Virus record (IMG/VR): IMGVR_UViG_3300006922_004547
Span: 1-27,932 of that record
From: a virus
Lineage: Duplodnaviria; Caudoviricetes
DNA length: 27,932 nucleotides
Strand: one strand, 5' to 3'
Shown here: positions 7,897-18,257 of the stretch, one piece after another
How the letters are laid out: every line of letters begins with the position of its first letter
Numbering within the stretch: the first letter of the stretch is position 1
Notes under the pieces: model-generated
What the model was told of the DNA's origin: nothing
Seen by the model: only the letters and a program-made list of their open reading frames with translations
Database searches by the model: none
Program-made: the position numbers and the translations under genes

Positions 7897-9591
7897 ATGG
7901 CTCAGCAAGATAATATGTACTATATGGGTAATAAAAATTTACCCAACGTAAACTGGAAGGGTGAATACACTAAAGAACAAGTAAAAGCTTTAACGAAAGC
8001 ACATAAAAACATTTTATACTTTGCTGAGAATTTCTTTTATATTGTTAACTTAGATAGAGGTAGAGAAAAGATCCAACTATATAAAGCGCAGAAAAGAGCT
8101 CTACGCAAGATGAGAGATAATCGTTTCTTTATACAACTTGCCTCTAGACAGATAGGTAAATCGACTATGATGACTATCTATATTCTATGGCAGGCAATCT
8201 TTAATAAAGATCAACGTATATTGTTAGTAGCTAACAAAGAGGCTACTGCGATTGAGATCTTTCAACGTGTGAGGATGGCTTATGAAGAATTACCTAACTG
8301 GTTGAAGTCACCGGTGAAGGAATATGCTAAGACATCTATGACGTTAGAGAATGGATCACGTATTGGTATTACAACTACTACTGGTACAGCTGCTCGTGGT
8401 CAATCTGTCAACTGCCTTGTTATTGATGAGATGGCATTTATTGAGCCTCACTTAGTAGAAGAGTTTTGGAAGTCAGTCTTTCCTGTTATTACTTCTTCTA
8501 AAAAATCTAAAGTATTTGTTTGTTCGACCGCTAATGGAACTGATAATCTATTTTATAAGTTATATACTGGAGCAGAGACTGGTGAAAATGGTTGGGCGTA
8601 TGATAAAATATTATGGGATGAGGTGCCAGGAAGAGATGAAATGTGGGCTAACAATACTAGACAAGCTATTGGCTCTCATGATGCTTGGCTTCAAGAGTTT
8701 TGCTGTCAGTTTATTAACTCAGGTGAATCTTCTATCGATGATGATCTATTTGAGAAGATGCAATCACAGTTATGTGAACCTAAAATAGTTTTAGATGATG
8801 GTCATTATAAAATTTGGGAGGAAGCAGATCCATCTAGAGTATACGCTGCAGGGGTAGATACAGCAGAAGGTGTTGGTGTTGATTCATCAGTAGTGCAAAT
8901 ATTTGATATAACTGATCTTAAAGATATAAGACAAGTAGCATGCTATACTAATAATAAAATACCTCCTGCTGACTATACTAACAAAGTCTATTCTATATTA
9001 AGAAACTACGGGTCTCCTTTGGCTCTTATTGAGCGTAACGGTCCTGGAGCTCAAATCGTTGATAGACTTGCTAATGACTTTGGATATGAGAAGTTAGTAT
9101 CATATGGCAATAAAGCAGGTCATAGACGAAACATAATGCAAGGAATGATCGCGCATACAAATACTAAGTATAAAGGCGTGCTTAATATGAGATATTATAT
9201 TAATGAAGCGCGTTCAGTTACAATTCGTGATGAAGATACATTAAAAGAGTTACGATCATTTGTAAGATATCCTAACGGTACGTGGAAAGCGAGACAGAGT
9301 CATCATGATGATAGAGTTATGGCTACCCTCTACGCGCTCTTTATCTTAGAGAAAGAAATTACTGAACGCTTCTTTGAGATACTTGAATTAGATGATAGAG
9401 GTAAACCTATGGTTATTGAAGCTATGGACTTTGGATTAAAGTTCTTTGAAGATGCTACCTCACTTTATGCTGACAATGAAGTGGTTGGTGCTAATAATAT
9501 GTTACCTCCTATTGTGTTTGGTATGGGTGATAATCAAGCAGAAGAAGAAATGGATGAATTGGAAATGCATGGCTTTCAACCTCTAGAATAA
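7897..9591 (+). CDS. gp17: Terminase large subunit, T4 gp17-like
   Basis: YMGNKNLP, Q motif (LYKAQ), Walker A SRQIGKST, Walker B LVIDEMAF, CSTANG, WDEVPGRD, GVDTAEGVGVDSS, HDDRVMA nuclease motifs. Confidence 0.97.
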   Translation: MAQQDNMYYMGNKNLPNVNWKGEYTKEQVKALTKAHKNILYFAENFFYIVNLDRGREKIQLYKAQKRALRKMRDNRFFIQLASRQIGKSTMMTIYILWQAIFNKDQRILLVANKEATAIEIFQRVRMAYEELPNWLKSPVKEYAKTSMTLENGSRIGITTTTGTAARGQSVNCLVIDEMAFIEPHLVEEFWKSVFPVITSSKKSKVFVCSTANGTDNLFYKLYTGAETGENGWAYDKILWDEVPGRDEMWANNTRQAIGSHDAWLQEFCCQFINSGESSIDDDLFEKMQSQLCEPKIVLDDGHYKIWEEADPSRVYAAGVDTAEGVGVDSSVVQIFDITDLKDIRQVACYTNNKIPPADYTNKVYSILRNYGSPLALIERNGPGAQIVDRLANDFGYEKLVSYGNKAGHRRNIMQGMIAHTNTKYKGVLNMRYYINEARSVTIRDEDTLKELRSFVRYPNGTWKARQSHHDDRVMATLYALFILEKEITERFFEILELDDRGKPMVIEAMDFGLKFFEDATSLYADNEVVGANNMLPPIVFGMGDNQAEEEMDELEMHGFQPLE

Positions 9592-9600
9592 ATATTTACG

Positions 9601-10182
9601 ATGGCAGTAAACCAAAATAATCAATCTATCTTAAACAAGAGCCGTCTAGATAAGTTTGTACTTATCTTTTCTATACCTCCAGCGTTAAGAGAAATAAATG
9701 TACGAGAAAATAACTCGCGTAACAGTAATAATATTATTGAGGACAAGCTTCAACTATCTGTTTACGGGGCTGTTGTACCAGAACTTACTGTCCCATCTAT
9801 CGAGATACCATACGCAGGCAGCAATTTGTATCAATCTGCTCATGCAAGAGAGGCTTACCCACCAGTAACAGTTAACTTCACAGCTGACAATGAGTTCAAC
9901 AATTACTGGGTTATATACAAATGGTTAAATTTAATGCATGATCAAAAGACAGGTGTATATGATGATGCAGATTTGGACCCTGACAACGAATTTAATAATT
10001 ATCAGACTGATATGACGTTATATGGGTTAGATGAATATGAGAATAGACGCATAGAGTTTACATACACTAAAGCTTTCCCAGTCACTTTAGGTAATTTAGA
10101 ATATAACTATAGAACGTCTGATGAAATAGAATCTTCCTTCACGTTTGTTTACTCACAGTTACACACTAAATTATTGAATTAA
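9601..10182 (+). CDS. gp3: Tail tube terminator/sheath stabilizer, T4 gp3-like
   Basis: VPELTVP, YPPVTVNFTADNEFNNYWVIYKWL, MTLYGLD, AFPVTLGNLEY (gp3/gp19 tube-fold pattern). Confidence 0.7.
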   Translation: MAVNQNNQSILNKSRLDKFVLIFSIPPALREINVRENNSRNSNNIIEDKLQLSVYGAVVPELTVPSIEIPYAGSNLYQSAHAREAYPPVTVNFTADNEFNNYWVIYKWLNLMHDQKTGVYDDADLDPDNEFNNYQTDMTLYGLDEYENRRIEFTYTKAFPVTLGNLEYNYRTSDEIESSFTFVYSQLHTKLLN

Positions 10183-10218
10183 TAAGAAAATATTTATTCA
10201 AAAAGAATAAATAATTTT

Positions 10219-12558
10219 ATGGCTAATAGGACAATACAATCTCCTGGGGTTGAGATTCGTGAATCTGATCTTTCACTTAGAACAGTTTCACAGGGTACAA
10301 CAACATATATGGCAGGTTTCGCTAACGAAGGTCCCACTGATGAAGTGGTGGGTGTAGGAAACATCACAGAGTTTGAGCAAATTTACGGGCAACCAAGAAC
10401 GCCTGCGGAAAGATACTTCTATCATTCTGCTCGTGCTGCTTTAAATTCAACCGGTAAATTAATGGTAAATAGATTGCCTTATGGTGCAGACGCTGGTCAG
10501 GGATTTGGATCTAAGATCTCTGTACTTGCTTACCCAGCTTCTGGTTGGGAAGTGACAACTCAGGGCACCATGACGGGCGCGGCTACTTCAGACTTTAGTA
10601 AATTATCTTCTACTTGGATTTTAGGTGCTCCAACTCAATTTGATGTAACTAATGATGAGTATATTAGTCTTACGAATGGTGAGACGTTTAGCGCAGGTTG
10701 GGGATTATCTGCTTTGCCTTCCGTAAGGTTAAATAGTCTTGGAGCCTTATCTGGAGCTGCTATAATCGTTATTAACAAAGCTCAAACAACTATTGATGGT
10801 CAATTTAACGGCTACTATTTAGGTATATCTGATAACACGAACATTAACCCTGCAAGTGCATTTGATGCAATACAGTCAGTACAAACAACTACTGGATCGG
10901 CGGCAGCTACCGGTCGAACAACATTTACCGCTATTCCATCAGCTAGATTTGAATTTAGTGTAGATGCTGCTAAAGATTCTAATATTCAAAATTCTATATC
11001 ACAAGTTATGGAAGAGAGTATAACTAATTATGATATATCTACAATAGAGTTTGATGATACATTAAACATTGGTGTATTTAAATTACGTCAGTCAGTATTC
11101 TCTAAGGATGCTAATAAGATGGATTACTTGTTAGAAGAAGGTTATAATGGATCTATCGGACATTACAGACAGATTAATTCTGAAAATGGAGGTGCTCCTA
11201 TAAACTTCTCACTTGGTACTGTCGAAGATGATTCTCGTAATATTGAGATGTTAGTTAATCCATACTTAGCAGATCAAATATCTGGTTTAAATTTATCAGA
11301 TGATGGTAATCCTAATAAAAAGATAAGAGTACTTACACAATCTTTAATCGATAATGTAGCTAGTGGGGCTATACCTGTAAAAAGACTAGGAGCTACTAAA
11401 GCTTTTGTCGCAAGTCTTTCTACATTACCTAAAGCTGATTCGCTCTTCCCACTTGGTGCATATGGTGAGACAAACTTAGAGACTAAGCTTGCTGGTAATA
11501 TTCCACAGAAGCTTGATAGAGCTCTTGATCGTATTCGTAACGACCGTAAGTTTAACATCGATATTATTGCAGAAGCTGGTTTAGGTACTATATTTACTTA
11601 TAATAAAACAGTTGGGGACCCGTTAAGCACTCTTGGATTTGATGACTTAAGAACAACTTCAGCGATTGAAGAGTTAAGAACATCTAGTGATCTTGCTAGT
11701 AGTGATGCTAGAGACAATTATACAACTATCTTTAACAAGTTTGCAACATTTGCAGGTCCAGTCAAGGATGGTGGTAGAGGTGATATTCTATTCGTTGCTG
11801 ATCCAATTAGACAGTTACTAGTAACTGGTAAGGATAACAAAGTACAAGCAGATAAGTCAAAGAACTTCAGTACAGATATTTACTGGGCGTTAAGACATCA
11901 GTTTGAAAATGCTAATACATCCTACGCAACAGTATTTGCTAACTGGATGAAAGTATATGATAACTATTCTGGTCTATTTACGTACGTTCCATCTTCTGGA
12001 TTTGCAGCAGCTAAAATGGCTTCTACAGACGCAGCAATCGGACCATGGGGTGCCCCAGCAGGATTCAATCGCGGTGTTATAACCGATGCCGTTGATATTG
12101 CTTTATCACCTAACCAACGTCAACGTGATGATCTATATACAGTTAATCTTAATCCAATAGCTAGTTTCTCTGATCAAGGTAACGTGTTTTTCGGACAGAA
12201 GACATTGCTTAAGAAGCCAAGTGCATTCGATAGAATTAATGTACGTAGAACCTTCTTATATCTTGAGAAGATTACAAAAGCTACAATGCAGTTCTTCCTC
12301 TTTGAGAACAATACGCTGTTTACTAGAACAAGAGTTGTTAATACATTAACACCATTCTTTGAAAGAGTAAAAGCTGATGATGGGTTATATGATTACCTTA
12401 TTGTTTGTGATGAGAGAAATAACACTGGTGAGGTTATTGATCAGAACGAACTTGTAGTTGATATTTACCTTAAGCCAGTTAAGACTGCTGAGTTTATCTT
12501 AGTTAACTTCTATGCTACGCGTACAGATGCTAACTTCGAAGAGCTAATCGGTGGTTAA
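10219..12558 (+). CDS. gp18: Contractile tail sheath protein, T4 gp18-like
   Basis: SPGVEIRESDLS, GFANEGP, PWGAPAGFNRG, FGQKTL, SAFDRINVRR, FENNTLFTR, VCDERNN, KPVKTAEFI. Confidence 0.97.
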   Translation: MANRTIQSPGVEIRESDLSLRTVSQGTTTYMAGFANEGPTDEVVGVGNITEFEQIYGQPRTPAERYFYHSARAALNSTGKLMVNRLPYGADAGQGFGSKISVLAYPASGWEVTTQGTMTGAATSDFSKLSSTWILGAPTQFDVTNDEYISLTNGETFSAGWGLSALPSVRLNSLGALSGAAIIVINKAQTTIDGQFNGYYLGISDNTNINPASAFDAIQSVQTTTGSAAATGRTTFTAIPSARFEFSVDAAKDSNIQNSISQVMEESITNYDISTIEFDDTLNIGVFKLRQSVFSKDANKMDYLLEEGYNGSIGHYRQINSENGGAPINFSLGTVEDDSRNIEMLVNPYLADQISGLNLSDDGNPNKKIRVLTQSLIDNVASGAIPVKRLGATKAFVASLSTLPKADSLFPLGAYGETNLETKLAGNIPQKLDRALDRIRNDRKFNIDIIAEAGLGTIFTYNKTVGDPLSTLGFDDLRTTSAIEELRTSSDLASSDARDNYTTIFNKFATFAGPVKDGGRGDILFVADPIRQLLVTGKDNKVQADKSKNFSTDIYWALRHQFENANTSYATVFANWMKVYDNYSGLFTYVPSSGFAAAKMASTDAAIGPWGAPAGFNRGVITDAVDIALSPNQRQRDDLYTVNLNPIASFSDQGNVFFGQKTLLKKPSAFDRINVRRTFLYLEKITKATMQFFLFENNTLFTRTRVVNTLTPFFERVKADDGLYDYLIVCDERNNTGEVIDQNELVVDIYLKPVKTAEFILVNFYATRTDANFEELIGG

Positions 12559-12576
12559 TATTAATTAACTAAACTT

Positions 12577-12613
12577 AAGAGCTGTGAAAGTAATATTTCA
12601 CAGCTCTTTTTTT
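12577..12613 (+). terminator. Intrinsic terminator after the sheath gene
   Basis: AAGAGCTGTGAAA (12577-12589) / TTTCACAGCTCTT (12596-12608) followed by a T tract. Confidence 0.88.
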
Positions 12614-12614
12614 A

Positions 12615-12640
12615 TATAAATAGCTTTCAAGCTATAAATA
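12615..12640 (+). promoter_or_regulatory. Tandem T4 consensus late promoters (TATAAATA x2)
   Basis: TATAAATA at 12615-12622 and 12633-12640; the second lies 5 nt before the tube ATG. Confidence 0.8.
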
Positions 12641-12645
12641 TTAGT

Positions 12646-13185
12646 ATGCCCGTAAACCAAAATATTCAAAATTTCTATAGAGTTGCAGCGGATAGAGACT
12701 TTTCGAGAGATTTTCTTTTTAGAGTGAGAGAAATGCAGTTGCAAGGAGTGCCTTCTTTAAATGAGTCACAGTTAGTTTATGCTAAAGCTGCTAATTTACC
12801 TGGGCGCGCTATTAAGAATACAGCAGTACCTTATATGGGTCTTAACTTAAACGTTCCAGGTGGAGTTGAGTATAGTGGATCAGATGCTTATAATCTTAGT
12901 TTTTACTTAGATGCAGATAGTGAACTTAGAAACTATTTTGAAGCAGCTTCTAGAGCGTTATTTAACGATCAAACATCCACTGGAGAGTATGGTACTCCTG
13001 GTGATGATTTCTATATTCAGTTAGCACAACTTGATAAAGACCTTGAACCTATAGCTGAGTATAAGCTCATTGGAGCTTCATTACGTAACATCGAAGCTAT
13101 TGAGTATAAGATGGCTGAAGGTACTGGCGAAACAGTAGAAATAACAACTACTATAGCTTATCACTACTATAACAAGGTTAGATGA
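12646..13185 (+). CDS. gp19: Tail tube protein, T4 gp19-like
   Basis: Follows the sheath gene; KAANLPG, VPYMG..LNVPG, QLD, TIAYHYY match the gp19 pattern. Confidence 0.85.
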   Translation: MPVNQNIQNFYRVAADRDFSRDFLFRVREMQLQGVPSLNESQLVYAKAANLPGRAIKNTAVPYMGLNLNVPGGVEYSGSDAYNLSFYLDADSELRNYFEAASRALFNDQTSTGEYGTPGDDFYIQLAQLDKDLEPIAEYKLIGASLRNIEAIEYKMAEGTGETVEITTTIAYHYYNKVR

Positions 13186-13197
13186 TTAAATAATTAA

Positions 13198-13923
13198 GTG
13201 CCTGATACTACAATATCTAGACTTAACCTTCATCAAGACTGGACATCGGACTTACCTTTAAAGTTCTTATGGTCTGTAAATTTTTATGGTCGCGATGGCG
13301 CTAATATGTCCGATGTTGGTGAAAATATAGAAAAAATTATTACAGGTTATGAAGGTAATAGTTTACCTATAAGGCCATCTGTAATAGATGACTACAGTCA
13401 CAATGAACTTGGGATGCTATTGGCACAGAATGTTTCCTTACCAAATGAACAAATTACAATAGGAACTGAAGCTTTAGCTAATACTGGTGGTTTTAGGGCT
13501 GGATACTTTGCAGATAGAAGAGCTAACTACGGAGCTGAAAATAAGCTAGATCTTACCTTTTTAGAGACTAATGTTGATTTAATGGATTATTTTTTAAAGC
13601 CTTGGGTTGTAGCTACTAGTTATAAAGGTCTTGTTGAAGATGGTGAAGAGGATATAAAATGTTTTATTGATTTAGTTTTATATAGTAGATCTAAAGAATT
13701 TTATAATGATAAAGTTAGATCTTCCGATGACTTTAACAGGCCCTTAGTACCCTATGAGCCTAGAAAGATATATACTTTTTATGACAGCGCGCCTTTTAAT
13801 ATAGAAGGAGGACAATTAAGCTATAATCCCGAGCTATCATTAGAGGAATTATCGAGAACAGTTTCATTTGCATTCTCTCACTACCAAGTTAGGGATGTTG
13901 ATAATCTTACGCGTAATTCTTGA
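13198..13923 (+). CDS. Tube-fold baseplate protein (gp54-like tube initiator or second tube paralog)
   Basis: AQNVSLP, LTFLETN, PW, F...P..I, TVSFAFSHY; GTG start with TAAATA-N5. Confidence 0.6.
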   Translation: MPDTTISRLNLHQDWTSDLPLKFLWSVNFYGRDGANMSDVGENIEKIITGYEGNSLPIRPSVIDDYSHNELGMLLAQNVSLPNEQITIGTEALANTGGFRAGYFADRRANYGAENKLDLTFLETNVDLMDYFLKPWVVATSYKGLVEDGEEDIKCFIDLVLYSRSKEFYNDKVRSSDDFNRPLVPYEPRKIYTFYDSAPFNIEGGQLSYNPELSLEELSRTVSFAFSHYQVRDVDNLTRNS

Positions 13924-13984
13924 AGAGCGCAAATAATAGACGAAAATTAGGTTGAAGATCAATAGTAGCAGACTAAGTTATTAA

Positions 13985-14806
13985 GTGAGTGATAACTTTA
14001 ACGTCGACGTAATATTACCTAGTGGTAAATCTAGACGTATTAATGAGCTTAATAATAAGCAGTATTTAGTAATCATAAAGTTTTGCGAGAATAAAGATTT
14101 TTTTGGGTTAAGTGAATACTTTAATACTATTATTTTAGATGATGACTTAGATATTATTGATAGATTTTATCTGCTTGTATATGCAAGAATGTTATTTGTA
14201 GAAGAAAATCTTACATTTACAACCAAAGAGCAGCACAATGTTGATGTAAGCTTAAGCGTCGTATTAGAGAAGTTAGAGAGTATATCTTATTCTGTATTTA
14301 ATAAGACTATTAGTCATGATAATATAGATATAAAGTTGGGCATTCCAACTGCTTTATACTTTAAAGATATAGATGATTTATATAATAACATTATTAAAGA
14401 AATAGTATTTGATAATGAAGCTATAGATTTCGTTTCTCTTAACACAGAAGATCGAAGCAATATATTAGATAAACTACCTATTAAATTGTTCGATGGACTA
14501 CAACAATATTTAGCGGATCTTTCCAGTAACGCTTTCAACATGACGCTAATAAGTGAAAACAAGCGTCTTAATATTCAAGAAATTAATCTTAATCTTATTA
14601 GTAACGGTGTTATAGAATTTATTTCAGCTATATACGGTATTGATCTAAAGTCTTATTATGAATTGATGTATGCCTTTTACAATACGATTTTAAACGGATC
14701 TGATATATTCTCTACTTTGTCACCTATGGAGACAAAAATTATGCTTAATATACATAATAAGCATATAAAGAAGCAGAACGAAGAGTTGAAAAGACAGCAG
14801 AAGTAG
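13985..14806 (+). CDS. Baseplate hub assembly protein, gp26-like, with a gp51-like C-terminus
   Basis: VILPSGK, LDIIDRFYLLVYAR, IKLGIP, ILDKLP; tail YYELMY...LSPMETKIMLN..KKQNEE. Confidence 0.55.
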   Translation: MSDNFNVDVILPSGKSRRINELNNKQYLVIIKFCENKDFFGLSEYFNTIILDDDLDIIDRFYLLVYARMLFVEENLTFTTKEQHNVDVSLSVVLEKLESISYSVFNKTISHDNIDIKLGIPTALYFKDIDDLYNNIIKEIVFDNEAIDFVSLNTEDRSNILDKLPIKLFDGLQQYLADLSSNAFNMTLISENKRLNIQEINLNLISNGVIEFISAIYGIDLKSYYELMYAFYNTILNGSDIFSTLSPMETKIMLNIHNKHIKKQNEELKRQQK

Positions 14807-14818
14807 ATATATATTAAT

Positions 14819-15556
14819 ATGGGTAAAAAACTAGACTCCTTCATATCAAAACTCGACTCTCTTAATACATCTGAGCTTGTTGATATTTTTGTACCTTCTA
14901 TTCAAAAGGAAGTATCTTTTAAATTATTTAGCGTTGGTCAACAGAAAGATTTAATTCGGACTGCTCTTACCGGGATAGTAGGAGCTATAAAGTGTGGTGT
15001 TATTTATAATGAGATTATAACTAATAATTGTCAAGCAGATATAGAATTTTCATATGAAGATAAGAATGCTATTCTTATAGCACTTCGTAAAGCATCTATT
15101 AGTAGTGATATTACTATTGATGGCAAAGCATACAATCTCGATGATCTTCCTACTAAGCTACCAAAATTTAAAAATCAAACCAAAAAAATTAAGTTTAGTG
15201 ACTTTGAGTTATGTTTAAAGGTACCTAACCTAAAGCTAGATAAAACCATAACAGAAAAGGCTTTACTAGATATTAGTAAGCTTAGCGAGGAGAAGAAGAA
15301 GTCTGAGTCGGTTGATATCCTGCTTACTTATGAAATTGTTAAGTATTTAGATAGTATAAAGGGAGATGATAGTGATTTTGATTTAAAAGATTTAACAGTA
15401 TATGAAAAGAAGCGTGTAGTTGAAAATTTACCTCTTAAAGTTAACAATAAGATTATAGAATTCATCGGTTCAGTTACAGAGTACAGTAATCAATATATTA
15501 CATTTAAAGATGATACAGTTGTAGAATTTGACGCTGGATTCTTGACCCGCGAATAA
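14819..15556 (+). CDS. Baseplate hub assembly protein, gp26-like
   Basis: VPSIQKEVSFKLFSVGQQKDLI, DKNAILIALRKAS, LKVP, VVENLP; lies just before the tape measure gene. Confidence 0.65.
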   Translation: MGKKLDSFISKLDSLNTSELVDIFVPSIQKEVSFKLFSVGQQKDLIRTALTGIVGAIKCGVIYNEIITNNCQADIEFSYEDKNAILIALRKASISSDITIDGKAYNLDDLPTKLPKFKNQTKKIKFSDFELCLKVPNLKLDKTITEKALLDISKLSEEKKKSESVDILLTYEIVKYLDSIKGDDSDFDLKDLTVYEKKRVVENLPLKVNNKIIEFIGSVTEYSNQYITFKDDTVVEFDAGFLTRE

Positions 15557-15564
15557 ATATCTAT

Positions 15565-17166
15565 GTGGAAGAAGATACCGGCTTTAAAAAAGTTCTAAAC
15601 CTTATAAGCACCTTAGGGGGCGATAAAGGTGTGCCTAAATCTAATCCTAAAGGGGTAAGAGGTGGTAAGCAGTTAGATCTTAGTAAATTCTTTAAAGTTA
15701 AAGATCTCAACGGGGCAGAAGCAAAGCGATATAAATCTATCTTTGAAATACTTGGCCAGACCCTACTAATAGGTAAGTATGCTAAAACTGGGCCAGAAGC
15801 AGAGGCACTAAAAGGCTCAATCGCTGCACCGATGGCTCAAAAAGTAAATGATAGTGAAGACGCTAAAAACTCTGGAAAGCCAGACGGTAAGGGGGGAGGT
15901 ATATTAAGTGGGTTGTTTGGAGGTATATTAAAAGGTGCTCTTGGGCTTGGTGCTATGATATTAGCTTTAGGAGCATTAGCGTTTGTATTAAATATGTTTG
16001 CTGGTATAGAAGCGGAGACTTTATTTAAAGCTGGAGGTGCTTTACTTGGGTTAGTTATTATTGCGAAGCTAGCTAAGAAAGGGTTGATACGCGGCGCCAT
16101 AGGAATTGCAGCAATGGTTGGGGTTCTTTACTTACTTTTAGAAAAAGTGTTAATACCTTTTCAGAACGTTAACTGGGAAACGTTAGGTAAAGCAGGAGCA
16201 GCACTACTCGGGCTTGTAGTTATAGGTAAATTTGCTAAGCCTAATATGATACTTGGAGCAGCCGCTCTCGGTCTTATGGCTGGGGTGTTAGCGTTATTAG
16301 TTCACACAGCGTTAATTCCATTGCAAGAAATAGAATGGTCTACAATCGGTAAAGCATTTGTTGCATTGCTAGCGATAGGGGTAATAGGTGCATTAGCAGG
16401 ATTCGCAGCACCTCTTATATTTATGGGCGCATTAGCTCTCGGCGCGTTAGGTGTAGCTTTATTACCAATGGCAGCTGCTGCTCGAATAGCCGCACCAGCT
16501 ATAGAAGCTTTAAGCGCACCAATAGATGCTACTGCCGGCGTTCTAGCCAAACTAGCTAATGTACCAGTAGAAAATTTACTGCTCATAGGTCCAGCGCTTG
16601 CTGGTATTGGCGCAGGTTTAGTTGCAATGAGTGGTGGTAATTTAGTTGGCGCTGCACTTGATAAATTTGGCTCATTCTTTCTTAACGATAAAGGTCCAAT
16701 GGAAAAGCTAGCCGAGTTAGGTAAAGCAGCACCTGATATAATTAAGCTAGGGGATGCTTTTGACACAATAGCAGACTTTAGTTTTAGTGATATAGACCTT
16801 GAAGGTGATTTTAACTTAGCAGCTGTGGGTGTTAATAACTTAACTGGTAGTATGAATAAGCTAGCAACATCACAGCAAAAAGTGGTTGGTCTATTTAAGC
16901 AAATAAACGATTCAACTGATGAATTTAGAAAATCAGGTGCCGCAGGTATAAACAATACATTTAAAATGGATAAAGAGCTTATAGATGTTAATAAACAGCA
17001 AGTAAGCTTACTTTCTCAAATCAAAGATGGTATTATGATGATGGTAGATAAACCTACTGGTGCTAGTAATAGATCAATGGTTGACCAGAGTAGAGGTAAT
17101 GTAAAGAAGCTGAGCACAACACAGGATTTTAACAAGAGCATGGGAATATCAGATTTAATACAATAA
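15565..17166 (+). CDS. Tail tape-measure protein (gp29 position)
   Basis: Ala/Gly/Leu-rich amphipathic and hydrophobic helices with Trp-punctuated repeats; located between hub and gp48-like genes; GTG start with TAAATA-N5. Confidence 0.75.
   Translation: MEEDTGFKKVLNLISTLGGDKGVPKSNPKGVRGGKQLDLSKFFKVKDLNGAEAKRYKSIFEILGQTLLIGKYAKTGPEAEALKGSIAAPMAQKVNDSEDAKNSGKPDGKGGGILSGLFGGILKGALGLGAMILALGALAFVLNMFAGIEAETLFKAGGALLGLVIIAKLAKKGLIRGAIGIAAMVGVLYLLLEKVLIPFQNVNWETLGKAGAALLGLVVIGKFAKPNMILGAAALGLMAGVLALLVHTALIPLQEIEWSTIGKAFVALLAIGVIGALAGFAAPLIFMGALALGALGVALLPMAAAARIAAPAIEALSAPIDATAGVLAKLANVPVENLLLIGPALAGIGAGLVAMSGGNLVGAALDKFGSFFLNDKGPMEKLAELGKAAPDIIKLGDAFDTIADFSFSDIDLEGDFNLAAVGVNNLTGSMNKLATSQQKVVGLFKQINDSTDEFRKSGAAGINNTFKMDKELIDVNKQQVSLLSQIKDGIMMMVDKPTGASNRSMVDQSRGNVKKLSTTQDFNKSMGISDLIQ
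16015..16389 (+). repeat. 54-aa (162-nt) tandem repeat in the tape measure protein
   Basis: ETLFKAGGALLGLV (16015), ETLGKAGAALLGLV (16177), STIGKAFVALLAIG (16339). Confidence 0.85.
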
Positions 17167-17167
17167 T

Positions 17168-18253
17168 ATGAAATTTATACAAGATTTTGAAGAGACGACG
17201 AGGTCCGGTCTTAACACCATAACGGATGACGGTAAAAGTGGTATGTTAGAGGAAACTGACACATTAATAGAGCCTATTTCTAGAAATAGGATTGTTGATG
17301 TTATAAATATGCCCTGGTATGCGGGTAAACGGGTAGATCGACAAAGTAAACGTTTAAATAAAATCCCGAGAGGTTTTATAATAGAGCGAAAGCAGATATT
17401 AAATTCTTTACTATCTGGTGCTTTATATTATCTCGGTACAGTGCTAAAGACTACTCAAAAAGGCGTCAAAGTGGCTACACCGACTAGTGTAAAGTCGATG
17501 TTAAATAAGATTACTAAAGTAATGCCAAAGTCAGCAACGGCGGGCTTTACAAAGGCTAAAGGCCAATTTCAGAAAACTTTGGAGTCGGATACTAGGCTTT
17601 TGGAAAGAAATAATCTAACATCACTTCTAGGTATATACCTTACCCAAGAAACAGGATTTAAATATGTCTTACCATATTTAAACAGCTCACTTGATGTAAA
17701 TACAAATTGGGCCGATGAAGGAGACGGGGCGCTAGCTGGTATTGTTAATAAGGGTATGTCTATAGTAGATGAAATATCTAAAGTAGTAAATATATCTCAG
17801 CCAGGAGTTTATATTCAAAAGCCAAAATATTTTAGTTTCGATAATCAAGGTAAGAGTGTTACATTCAACTTCCCCTTATTTAATACTATTAAAGCTGGTA
17901 CTTTTGATTATAAAAGTAATTATGAGTTTTTATGGTTGTTGGCATACCAAAATAAACCATATAAGACATCATTTGCGCGTACTAAGCCAGGTAAGATTTA
18001 CACTGTAGAGATTCCCGGAGTAGTAAGTATGCCTTACGCGTATATAAGTGAAATGAGTGTTGATTTTAGAGGTACTGTAAGACAATTACCAGTTGATTGT
18101 CCTACAGAGTACGATGCACCAATTCCAGAGGCTTATTTAGTAAGCATAACCTTTACGTCTCTTTTGACTGATTATGCCAATACGATGGCTCCGGATACAG
18201 GGTTTACAACAACTTTAGGATCGGATTCTGCAACATTTAATTTTGGTTCATAA
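17168..18253 (+). CDS. Baseplate tube-cap protein, gp48-like (tube fold)
   Basis: KSVTFNFPLFN, PGKIYTVEIPG, AYISEMSVDF, IPEAYLVSITFTSL; sits between tape measure and gp53-like genes. Confidence 0.55.
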   Translation: MKFIQDFEETTRSGLNTITDDGKSGMLEETDTLIEPISRNRIVDVINMPWYAGKRVDRQSKRLNKIPRGFIIERKQILNSLLSGALYYLGTVLKTTQKGVKVATPTSVKSMLNKITKVMPKSATAGFTKAKGQFQKTLESDTRLLERNNLTSLLGIYLTQETGFKYVLPYLNSSLDVNTNWADEGDGALAGIVNKGMSIVDEISKVVNISQPGVYIQKPKYFSFDNQGKSVTFNFPLFNTIKAGTFDYKSNYEFLWLLAYQNKPYKTSFARTKPGKIYTVEIPGVVSMPYAYISEMSVDFRGTVRQLPVDCPTEYDAPIPEAYLVSITFTSLLTDYANTMAPDTGFTTTLGSDSATFNFGS

Positions 18254-18257
18254 TATT

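Noticed and set aside
7897-9591. Intron or intein in TerL (also checked the clamp loader)
   Set aside because: Lengths and motif spacing are normal, with no splicing or homing endonuclease motifs.
13921-13950. Readthrough of other TGA stops (2089, 13185, 13923)
   Set aside because: Each is followed shortly by another in-frame stop or by promoter sequence, with no Cys-like context or evident hairpin.
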